This document shows positions 25,418 to 33,186 of a DNA stretch of 33,186 nucleotides, piece by piece (positions within the stretch are counted from its first letter, which is position 1; the number at the start of each line of letters is the position of its first letter). The notes below the pieces were generated by a model. The model searched no databases. It was not told the DNA's origin and was given only the letters and a program-made list of their open reading frames with translations. The position numbers were made by a program, and so were the translations under genes. The DNA lies in the sequence record SRR20825006_2029; one strand, written 5' to 3'.

Positions 25418-26929
25418 ATGGTCGCACGGACCTTTAGCGTCGCATTCGAAGGCGTCGAGGCCCGCCGGGTCGAGGTTCAATGTGCCATCGCACCCGGTCT
25501 ACCCAGTTTCACCATCGTCGGCCTGCCGGACAAAGCCGTCACAGAGGCCCGCGAACGCGTCCGCGCGGCTTTGGCGTCAATGCAAATCGCCCTGCCTTCG
25601 AAAAAATTGGTTATCAACCTCTCCCCTGCTGATCTGCCGAAAGCAGGCTCGCATTTCGATTTACCCATCGCCTTGGCCATCCTCGCCGCCACCGGATTGA
25701 TCCCTGAAGAACAGGCCGAAAAAACCCTCTCGTTGGGCGAATTGGCCCTTGATGGCTCACTCGTCGCGGTCAATGGCGCACTGCCCGCCGCGTTGAAAGC
25801 CGCCGAGTTGGACTGCGTTCTGGCCTGCCCCGAGGGGTGCAGCGCCGAGGCCGCTTGGGTTGGCGCGACGCCGGTTTATGGGGCCAAAACGCTGGCACAT
25901 TTGCTACGCCATTTCACTGGCGACCGTCCGCTGCATGCCGCAGAGCCGGGCGAAGTGTCCATGCCCGAGCATCGCAAAGACATGCGCGATGTGAAGGGGC
26001 AGGAAAAGGCCAAACGCGCGATGGAAATTGCCGCTGCGGGCGCGCATCACCTATTTTTGGTCGGCACGCCGGGGTCAGGCAAGTCGATGCTGGCGGCTCG
26101 ATTGCCGTCGATTTTACCCCCCTTGTCGGCGCAAGAAGCGCTTGAAACCTCGATCATTCATTCGCTCGCGGGTCTCTTGTCCGAAGGCGGTATTTCCCGC
26201 GCCCGACCGTTTCGCGAACCGCATCACACCGCCTCCATGGCGGCCATCGTCGGCGGTGGGCGCGGCGCGCAACCGGGCGAGATTTCCCTGGCGCATAACG
26301 GGGTTTTGTTTTTGGACGAATTGCCCGAATTTCCGCGCGCCGTCTTGGAAACCCTGCGCCAGCCGGTTGAAAACGGTGAGGTCATGGTGGCGCGCGCCAA
26401 TGCCCATATGCGCTATCCGGCGCGGTTCATGTTGGTGGCGGCGGCGAACCCGTGCAAATGCGGCTATCTGCCCGATCCGGCCCGCGCCTGCGCCAAGGTG
26501 CCTTTATGTGGCGAGGATTATTTGGGGCGCATTTCCGGGCCCTTGATGGATCGGTTCGATCTGCGGCTCGAAGTGCCCCCGGTGCAGTTTATGGACCTCG
26601 ATGTGCCGCCGTCGGGTGACAGCTCCGTTGAGATTGCCGCGCGCGTGGCCGAGGCGCGCAGGCTGCAAACTGTGCGGCTGGAGGGCACAGGCATGCGCAC
26701 CAATGCGGAGATCGAAGGGAAAATGTTGGAGGAGACGGCCACGCCCGATGCGGAGGGTCGCACTCTTTTGACCATGGCGGCCGAGAAACTGGGCCTGACC
26801 GCGCGCGGCTATCACCGGGTGATGCGGGTGGCGCGTACCATTGCCGATCTTGCCGGCGAAACGAACGTGCGCCGCCCACATGTGGCCGAGGCACTGAGCT
26901 ATCGGGTGGTGTCAAATACGCTCAATTAG
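25418..26929 (+). CDS. comM: YifB/ComM Mg-chelatase-like AAA+ ATPase (competence helicase)
   Basis: Motifs: VGLPD.AV.E.RERVR, INLSPADLPK.GSHFDLPIA, GTPGSGKS, FREPHH, GEISLAHNGVLFLDE, ANPCKCG, ISGP..DRFD, ARTIADL. Confidence 0.96.
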   Translation: MVARTFSVAFEGVEARRVEVQCAIAPGLPSFTIVGLPDKAVTEARERVRAALASMQIALPSKKLVINLSPADLPKAGSHFDLPIALAILAATGLIPEEQAEKTLSLGELALDGSLVAVNGALPAALKAAELDCVLACPEGCSAEAAWVGATPVYGAKTLAHLLRHFTGDRPLHAAEPGEVSMPEHRKDMRDVKGQEKAKRAMEIAAAGAHHLFLVGTPGSGKSMLAARLPSILPPLSAQEALETSIIHSLAGLLSEGGISRARPFREPHHTASMAAIVGGGRGAQPGEISLAHNGVLFLDELPEFPRAVLETLRQPVENGEVMVARANAHMRYPARFMLVAAANPCKCGYLPDPARACAKVPLCGEDYLGRISGPLMDRFDLRLEVPPVQFMDLDVPPSGDSSVEIAARVAEARRLQTVRLEGTGMRTNAEIEGKMLEETATPDAEGRTLLTMAAEKLGLTARGYHRVMRVARTIADLAGETNVRRPHVAEALSYRVVSNTLN

Positions 26930-27823
26930 CGGCGGATCATGGGCGATGATGAACGCGGCGGTCTCCGATATGGCCTGTCGCGCCTCCGGGAAAAACCCGT
27001 CAAACATGTGCCACACATGCGGCGCACCATGGGTCAGGCTGAGGGTCGCCTCCACGCCTTGTCGGTTCAAATGATCCGCCATACGCACCGCATCATCGCG
27101 CAGGATTTCGCATTCAGACGCCTGAAGCAGTACCGGCGGACCATCGGGGAAGCTGGCAAAAAGTGGCGAAACCTGTGGCTGATTTGGGTCCGTGTCGCCC
27201 AAAATCATTTGAGTGAGATCACGGGCGCGTTCGACCGGAAAAAAATGGTCGCGTTTGGCATTTGAGACAAAAGATGGGCTTGAAAGAGTCAGGTCGGTGA
27301 AGGGCGACCATGCGAATGCAGACGCCGGCGGAGTGCCGCGTTGACAGAGTTCGGACAACAGCGAGAGCGCCAAACCGCCCCCCGCGCTGTCACCGCCGAG
27401 GCTGATGTCTTGGGGGGCATAGCCCGACGCCAAAAGCGCGTCCCAGACCAGACAAGCGTCCTCAAACGCTGCCGGCAGAGGATGTTCAGGGGCCAAACGA
27501 TAGGCCGGAAGAAACACGGACCGGCGCGCCAATTGCGCCAAGCGCGACGCCAAGCGTTTATGGGTCTGCGGGCTCCCGGCGACATAGCCGCCGCCGTGGA
27601 AAAACAGAATCACCCGCTCCTCATCCGCGTCAGGCGGGTGAATCCACAGACCCGGAAATCCCAGCGCATCATGGCGCACTTCGGTGGACAAGGTGACCGG
27701 TACGGACAACCGCGCGGCCAGATCTATGCCGTCACGCAGGGGCACTGGGTTTTGCGCATGGGTAAACGCGGCGCGCACGATGGGGCTCAATGCACTGGCA
27801 AGGACCCGCATCCTGTAGCTCAT
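26912..27823 (-). CDS. Alpha/beta hydrolase, HSL-like (family IV) esterase
   Basis: Motifs: HGGGY oxyanion hole, [14 protein letters not shown] nucleophile, E.L.DD, HVW. ATGA-coupled to gshB. Confidence 0.93.
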   Translation of the reverse strand: MSYRMRVLASALSPIVRAAFTHAQNPVPLRDGIDLAARLSVPVTLSTEVRHDALGFPGLWIHPPDADEERVILFFHGGGYVAGSPQTHKRLASRLAQLARRSVFLPAYRLAPEHPLPAAFEDACLVWDALLASGYAPQDISLGGDSAGGGLALSLLSELCQRGTPPASAFAWSPFTDLTLSSPSFVSNAKRDHFFPVERARDLTQMILGDTDPNQPQVSPLFASFPDGPPVLLQASECEILRDDAVRMADHLNRQGVEATLSLTHGAPHVWHMFDGFFPEARQAISETAAFIIAHDPPLIERI

Positions 27824-28773
27824 GCGCGTTTGGCCTCAATCGCCAGCCAAATCAACTCCGCCGTGTTGGTTCCGTCAAAACGCTCAAGCTCCTGAATGCC
27901 CGTGGGCGAGGTCACGTTGATCTCGGTGAGGTAATCACCGATCACGTCAATGCCGACAAAAACCTGACCTTTTTCTTTCAAAAGCGGGCCGATTTTGGCG
28001 CAAATCTCACGATCGCGATCAGTCAATCCGACCTTTTCGGGCCGACCACCGACATGCATGTTAGACCGGGTTTCGCCCTTTTGTGGCACGCGGTTGATCG
28101 CGCCCACAGGTTCGCCATCGACAAGGATGACCCGTTTGTCGCCGTTTGACACATCGGGCAAAAATTTCTGAACGATCATCGGCTCGCGAGACAGGCCGGT
28201 GAAAAGTTCATGCAGGGACGATAGATTGCGATCATTTGGGTCCAGACGGAACACGCCCGCGCCGCCATTGCCATAAAGCGGCTTCAAAATAATATCGCCG
28301 TGCTTTTCTTTGAAAGCGCGGATCGTCCCGAGATCGCGCGCAATGGCTGTCGGCGGGGTCAGCTCTGGGAAATTCAGAACAAGCAGTTTTTCCGGGTAAT
28401 TGCGCACCCAAAACGGGTCGTTGACCACCAATGTGCCGGGCATGATCATGTCGAGCAAATGGGTCGTGGTAATATACCCCATATCGAACGGCGGATCTTG
28501 GCGCAGCCAGACCACGTCATAATCAGAGAGATCGACCTCCGTCATTTCGCCCAATGTGTAGTGATCGCCCTCAACCCGGCGCACCTCAATCGGCCAGCCA
28601 CGCGCGGTGATCCGCCCCTCTTGGAAGGCAAGATGGTCCGGCGTGTAGTAAAACAACGTATGCCCGCGCTTTTGCGCCTCTTCCATGATGCGGAACGTGC
28701 TGTCGGCGTTGATGTTGACCGGACCGATCGGGTCCATCTGAATTGCGACTTTTAACGATTTCGGTGTGGGCAA
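27820..28773 (-). CDS. gshB: Glutathione synthetase
   Basis: Motifs: [55 protein letters not shown] start behind GGGAG. Confidence 0.97.
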   Translation of the reverse strand: MPTPKSLKVAIQMDPIGPVNINADSTFRIMEEAQKRGHTLFYYTPDHLAFQEGRITARGWPIEVRRVEGDHYTLGEMTEVDLSDYDVVWLRQDPPFDMGYITTTHLLDMIMPGTLVVNDPFWVRNYPEKLLVLNFPELTPPTAIARDLGTIRAFKEKHGDIILKPLYGNGGAGVFRLDPNDRNLSSLHELFTGLSREPMIVQKFLPDVSNGDKRVILVDGEPVGAINRVPQKGETRSNMHVGGRPEKVGLTDRDREICAKIGPLLKEKGQVFVGIDVIGDYLTEINVTSPTGIQELERFDGTNTAELIWLAIEAKRA

Positions 28774-28801
28774 GGCTCGTCTCCCGAGAATGGTTTTCTC
28801 T

Positions 28802-28831
28802 TAGATGGACCAGCCCAGCCGCGCATTCAAT
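28802..28831 (-). promoter_or_regulatory. Candidate RpoH-type promoter of gshB
   Basis: Minus strand ATTGAA-N16-TCCATCT, resembling sigma-32-type CTTGAA-N15/16-CCCATNT. Confidence 0.5.
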
Positions 28832-28865
28832 GGGAATGTCCTGTGCGGGAATTCACATGAGCCTT

Positions 28866-29261
28866 TTACATCAAAGCATTTTCTAGAATTTCGACATGGC
28901 CCGACGCATCCACCAGCGCCACATCTATGCGCATATCGGTGAGCAGCCCCTTGGGCTGTTGGCCAATGTAATCTTCGGCACTGGCGCAAATGCGCGCGAT
29001 TTGTTTTGGACGCAGATGTGCGGCGGCGGCGCTGAGGGTTTTTGAGGCTTTGACCTCGACAAAAATGAAACCGTCGCCGTTGCGGAAGATCAAATCAATT
29101 TCCCCACCCGCGCCGCGCCACCGCGCATGTGCCAAGTCATGGCCTTGGGCCTCATAGTAGCGCGCAACACAAGCTTCGGCGGAGTGACCAAACTCGTAGG
29201 CCATGCGCCCGCGCGTTTGGCGGGCGGCAACCGGGTCATATCCGACAAAATCAAAGGACAC
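28866..29261 (-). CDS. yraN: YraN family PD-(D/E)XK nuclease
   Basis: Motifs: G..AE, RWR...GEIDLI, FVEVKA, MRIDVALV. GTG start behind GGAG; downstream of rsmI. Confidence 0.92.
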   Translation of the reverse strand: MSFDFVGYDPVAARQTRGRMAYEFGHSAEACVARYYEAQGHDLAHARWRGAGGEIDLIFRNGDGFIFVEVKASKTLSAAAAHLRPKQIARICASAEDYIGQQPKGLLTDMRIDVALVDASGHVEILENALM

Positions 29262-29270
29262 GCTTTTCTC

Positions 29271-30140
29271 CTACTGCGGCGAATTTTGATCCGTGATCGC
29301 GAGCGCCATTTGATAGGCATCGCGTTTTTTCAATCCATGTTTTTCGGCCACCTCCGCCGCGGCGTCTTTGACCGACATCGTTTCCAAGGCCCGCCTCAAA
29401 TCCGCCTCAAGATCGGCCTCGGATATCTCTTCATGCTCTGCGCGTCCGACCAAAAGCACAATTTCGCCTTTCACCGGACTGTCGCGCAGGCTTTCTTCAA
29501 GCTCCGCCAGACTGCCCTTTCGCACTTCTTCAAACCGCTTGGTCAACTCGCGACACAGGGCCGCCGGTCGGTTTCCCCCCAAAGTCTCACACAATTCTCC
29601 TAACGTTTTATGAATCCGCTTTGGGCTTTCATAAAACCCAAGCGTGGCCTGAACCGGAGCGAAGGAGGTAAAGAATTTCAACCGAGCCCCACGAGAGGAC
29701 GGGGGAAATCCGGCAAAAAGGAACCGATCAGAGGGCAATCCCGAAATGGTCAGAGCCGCAATCATCGCGGAGGGACCGGGCGCAGAGGTCACAGGGATGC
29801 CTTGAGCGAGCGCCTCGCGGCACAGCACAAAGCCGGGGTCGGCCACCAAGGGCGTGCCGGCCTCAGACGCATAGGCCACGGATTTGCCTTCTTGCATCAG
29901 AGCGATCAACCGAGGCCGGGCCTGAGCACCGTTGTGATCATGATACGCATAGATGTGGCGGCCATTGAGAGGAACGCCATGGATTTCCATCAATTTGCGC
30001 AAAGTGCGTGTGTCTTCGGCGGCCAAAACATCCGCAGAGGCGAGAATATCGAGCGCACGCAGGGTGATATCGCGCGCATTCCCGATCGGAGTGGCGAGAA
30101 AATGAAGGCCAGCGGGAAGATGCTTGACTTGGTAAATCAC
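29271..30140 (-). CDS. rsmI: 16S rRNA (cytidine1402-2'-O)-methyltransferase
   Basis: Motifs: ATPIGN.RDITLRA, AEDTR, SEAGTP..ADPG, PGPSA, YESPKR, RELTK.FEE, KGEIV. Confidence 0.96.
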   Translation of the reverse strand: MIYQVKHLPAGLHFLATPIGNARDITLRALDILASADVLAAEDTRTLRKLMEIHGVPLNGRHIYAYHDHNGAQARPRLIALMQEGKSVAYASEAGTPLVADPGFVLCREALAQGIPVTSAPGPSAMIAALTISGLPSDRFLFAGFPPSSRGARLKFFTSFAPVQATLGFYESPKRIHKTLGELCETLGGNRPAALCRELTKRFEEVRKGSLAELEESLRDSPVKGEIVLLVGRAEHEEISEADLEADLRRALETMSVKDAAAEVAEKHGLKKRDAYQMALAITDQNSPQ

Positions 30141-30252
30141 ATGAGTTCCGGGTCTTTGCGGCGTTTACTCTTTGGGGCGTGTCGCATAGTCTGCGAAGAT
30201 GTCTAAAAGACCCAAGTTACCAAGAGTTCGCCGTCAGGAGTGAGGTTCCCCT

Positions 30253-31431
30253 ATGTTCGCTGTTCTAAGCGCCGCCCGCAAGTCCATCAAGAAACTTGCG
30301 CTGGCTTTGTCTTTTACCGCCCTTGCCGCCTGTGACCCCGGCGCGCTTCAGGTTGGTGGCGGTCCGACCATCAACACAAGCAAACCCGTGCCGGTCGCAC
30401 TTTTGGTGCCTTACGAATCGCAACAGGGCGGCGACGTTGCCCTGGCGCAGTCCCTGGAGAACGCGGCTCGTTTGGCGATGGCGGATCTTCAGGGCGTGAC
30501 GATTGATTTGCGGGTCTATGCCACCGGTGGTCAAGCCGAACGTGCCTCGGCGGTCGCTTCGCAAGCGGTCAAAGACGGGGCCAAGATCATCCTTGGTCCG
30601 GTGTACGGCGGCTCGGCCAAATTGGCGGGCATTCCGGCCGCCAACGCGGGCATCAATGTCTTGTCCTTCTCCAACAATCCGGACATTGCAGGCGGCAACG
30701 TCTTTATCCTCGGCGATACCTTTAGCAACACGGCCAACCGTCTTGTGTCCTATGCCAAGGCCAATGGCAAAACCCGGATCATGGTTGTGAACGGCCAAAG
30801 CCCGGCGGAGAATTCCGGCGCGAGTGCGATCAAAACCGCCATCGCCCGCGAAGGTGCGACATTCGCCGGAGAACAGAGCTTTGAGTTGAGCCAACAGGGG
30901 GTAGTGCAATCCATCCGCCCCATCGCCGCCACCGCGCGCAGCTCTGGTGCGGATGCGATTTTCTTTACCTCGGGCAATGACGGTGCCATGCCGCTTTTGG
31001 CGCAGATGTTGCCGGAAAACGGCATCAAATCGCCGCAGCCGCAATTCATCGGCCTACAACGCTGGAATTTCCCCGCCTCCGCGCTGAGCCTGCCAGGTCT
31101 GCAAGACAGCTGGTTTGCCATCCCAGACCAACGCCTCGTCAACAGCTTTTCCAACCGCTACTCCGCCCAATACGGCACAGCACCGCATGCTTTGGCGGGC
31201 CTTGCCTATGACGGGATTGCGGCAATTGGAGCCTTGGTGCAGTCCGGCAACCAAAACGCCCTCACCACTCAAGGCCTGACCCGCGGCTCCGGCTTTGTCG
31301 GTGTGAACGGGATTTTCCGACTTCTGCCCGACGGGACCAACGAACGTGGCCTCTCCGTGGCGACCATCCAAAACAATCAGGTAATCGAGATTGACCCTGC
31401 ACCAAGATCCTTCGCGGGCGCTGGCTTCTAA
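30253..31431 (+). CDS. Penicillin-binding protein activator LpoA/LppC-like lipoprotein
   Basis: Lipobox LAAC; VALLVP, ILGP, LAYDG.AA, GF.GVNG.FR...DG.NERGL.V. Divergent from rsmI, as with yraM/lpoA. Confidence 0.88.
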   Translation: MFAVLSAARKSIKKLALALSFTALAACDPGALQVGGGPTINTSKPVPVALLVPYESQQGGDVALAQSLENAARLAMADLQGVTIDLRVYATGGQAERASAVASQAVKDGAKIILGPVYGGSAKLAGIPAANAGINVLSFSNNPDIAGGNVFILGDTFSNTANRLVSYAKANGKTRIMVVNGQSPAENSGASAIKTAIAREGATFAGEQSFELSQQGVVQSIRPIAATARSSGADAIFFTSGNDGAMPLLAQMLPENGIKSPQPQFIGLQRWNFPASALSLPGLQDSWFAIPDQRLVNSFSNRYSAQYGTAPHALAGLAYDGIAAIGALVQSGNQNALTTQGLTRGSGFVGVNGIFRLLPDGTNERGLSVATIQNNQVIEIDPAPRSFAGAGF

Positions 31432-33186
31432 CGACCCCGCCCTTGCTGACTTTGTTCCGGCCCCGGCCGGCAGCCTGATTTGCTCTGAAACGGCAATTTT
31501 CGACGTCTCCGCCGTGGCGGAGGCGTTGGATGCCGCTTGGGTGGGGGCGAAAGATGCGGCGGCCCTGCGCAAAGCCACCGTGAGCGTCCTCAATGCGGCA
31601 CAAGACAAAGGCCGCGCCACCATTGCCGCCGCCATTGCCGAAGCCCCGCGTAATGCCCGCCCGGCAGTACGGTCCTACGCTTGGCTTACCGATTGCCTCG
31701 TCACCTCGGTGTTGTTCACGGCGCAAACCAAGCTGCACCCAAACCCCAATCCGACCGAAGGCGAACGCATCGCGATTTTGGCCGTGGGCGGGTATGGGCG
31801 GGCCGAAATGTCGCCGCACTCCGATGTCGATCTGTTGTTTCTGGCCCCCCATAAAATCAGCGGCTGGATCGAAAGTCTGGTCGAGAGCATGCTCTATATG
31901 TTCTGGGATCTGCATCTCAAAGTCGGCCATTCCACCCGCACAATCCGCGATTGCATCCGTCTGGGACGCGAAGATTTCACCATTCGTACTGCGATGTTGG
32001 AACTGCGCTATCTGGCCGGAAACCGGGATTTGGCCACTGAACTCCATGTAAAATTGCGCGACGAATTGTTTCGCACCACGGCGCGCGAATTCATCGAAGC
32101 CAAATTGCAAGAACGCGCCGAACGCCACCGCAAACAGGGCGGGCAGCGTTATGTGGTGGAACCCAATATCAAAGAGGGCAAAGGCGGGCTGCGCGATCTG
32201 CATACGTTGTTTTGGATCGCCAAATACGTCCACGGCGTGCGCAACACCGCCGATTTGGTCAAAGCGGGCGTGTTCACCGCCGAGGAGTATCGCCAGTTCG
32301 AGGAGGCCGAAACCTTTCTTTATGCCGCGCGCAATGCGCTGCACCTGATCGCCGGACGCCCTATGGATCAACTCACCTTTGATTTGCAGGTCGAGGTGGC
32401 GGATCGGTTGGGCTATATCGACCATTCCGGTCGCCGCGCAGTCGAACATTTCATGCAGGATTTCTTTCGCCATGCTACCCGCGTCGGCGAATTGACCCGG
32501 ATTTTCCTGACCTCACTTGAGGCGCAACACGTCAAACAGGAACCGGCACTGCAACGGCTGTTCAAACGTCGGCGCAAGATTGACGAGCAATATGAGCTGG
32601 TCCACAACCGGCTCAATGTCCTCGATCGCAAGGCGTTTTTGGCGGACAAGCTCAATCTCCTGCGCGTCTTTGAAGAGGCGCTGCGCACCGGCTATCTGTT
32701 GCACCCGGATGTGATGCGGCTGATTTCGGCCAATCTCGATAAGATCGACAATGAGATGCGCAACACCCCCGAAGCACAGCGGATTTTCATGGATCTCCTG
32801 CTCAAACACGGCAACCCGGAACGCGCGCTGCGCCGGATGAACGAACTGGGCGTTCTGGGGGCGTTTATCCCGGAGTTTCAGTACATTGTCGCAATGATGC
32901 AATTCAACATGTATCATAGCTACACGGTGGATGAGCACACGATTCAGGTGATTTCCAATCTGGCGCAAATCGAGCGCGGCGAGTTGACCGACCCGCTGCC
33001 TTTGGCGACGAGCATCCTGGAGGCTGGCGTCAATCGCAAAGTGCTTTACGTTGCGATGTTGTTGCATGACATCGGCAAAGGCCGTCCCGAGGATCATTCG
33101 ATCATCGGCGCACAGATTGCGCGCAAAGTGGCACCGCGGCTTGGCCTAAAACCGGCGGAATGCGAGACGGTGGAATGGCTGGTGCG
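31391..33186 (+). CDS. glnD: [Protein-PII] uridylyltransferase, 3'-truncated by window edge (absent from ORF track)
   Basis: Translated by hand: AVGGYGRAEMSPHSDVDLLFL, KVGHSTR, EPNIKEGKGGLRDLH, MQFNMYHSYTVDEH, LLHDIGKG (HD domain). The frame is bounded upstream by TAA at 31382. Start uncertain (TTG 31391). Confidence 0.96.
   Translation, partial: MTLHQDPSRALASNDPALADFVPAPAGSLICSETAIFDVSAVAEALDAAWVGAKDAAALRKATVSVLNAAQDKGRATIAAAIAEAPRNARPAVRSYAWLTDCLVTSVLFTAQTKLHPNPNPTEGERIAILAVGGYGRAEMSPHSDVDLLFLAPHKISGWIESLVESMLYMFWDLHLKVGHSTRTIRDCIRLGREDFTIRTAMLELRYLAGNRDLATELHVKLRDELFRTTAREFIEAKLQERAERHRKQGGQRYVVEPNIKEGKGGLRDLHTLFWIAKYVHGVRNTADLVKAGVFTAEEYRQFEEAETFLYAARNALHLIAGRPMDQLTFDLQVEVADRLGYIDHSGRRAVEHFMQDFFRHATRVGELTRIFLTSLEAQHVKQEPALQRLFKRRRKIDEQYELVHNRLNVLDRKAFLADKLNLLRVFEEALRTGYLLHPDVMRLISANLDKIDNEMRNTPEAQRIFMDLLLKHGNPERALRRMNELGVLGAFIPEFQYIVAMMQFNMYHSYTVDEHTIQVISNLAQIERGELTDPLPLATSILEAGVNRKVLYVAMLLHDIGKGRPEDHSIIGAQIARKVAPRLGLKPAECETVEWLV

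Noticed and set aside
31262-33097. Minus-strand ORFs (403 aa, 194 aa) that appear to fill the window end
   Set aside because: The real gene is glnD on the plus strand, omitted from the ORF track because it has no stop within the window.
1-33186. CRISPR array, tRNA/rRNA, IS/integrase, prophage, toxin-antitoxin or anti-phage system (e.g. ThiF + nuclease + AAA ATPase read as a defence locus)
   Set aside because: No spaced repeats or RNA-gene signatures were seen. MoeB, YraN and ComM all have housekeeping motifs and conventional contexts.

Overview
Gene-dense, GC-rich chromosomal window from an alphaproteobacterium. Gene content and order point to Rhodobacteraceae/Roseobacter group (inference). 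It is mostly core housekeeping DNA. In order: a purine-catabolism operon (xdhA, truncated by the window edge, xdhB, xdhC, and a BMP-type purine/nucleoside ABC transporter with a small membrane gene inserted between its permeases); an AhpD/CMD gene behind a perfect FNR box; an orphan membrane protein; panC-panB; pirin; a D-2-hydroxyacid dehydrogenase; an SH3 protein, a KpsC/KpsS-like glycosyltransferase and a CDF exporter; dcp, moeB, dut, coaBC and rpoH2 on the minus strand; cobU-cobC; GST; comM; an esterase, gshB, yraN and rsmI on the minus strand; an LpoA-like lipoprotein; and glnD, which runs off the end and is missing from the ORF track. I saw no rRNA, tRNA, CRISPR array, transposase, integrase, phage or defence genes, and I cannot support a new multi-gene system. 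The most interesting signals are non-coding or structural. (1) A 219-bp element bounded by 21-bp inverted repeats lies between panB and pirin, and its terminal motif recurs as the entire coaBC-dut spacer. (2) A 19-bp duplicated RBS/stop/start junction brackets the gene inserted in the ABC operon. (3) There is a set of regulatory sites (FNR, CtrA, RpoE-like, RpoH-like, LysR-like). All family assignments come from motif recognition by eye; no searches were run.
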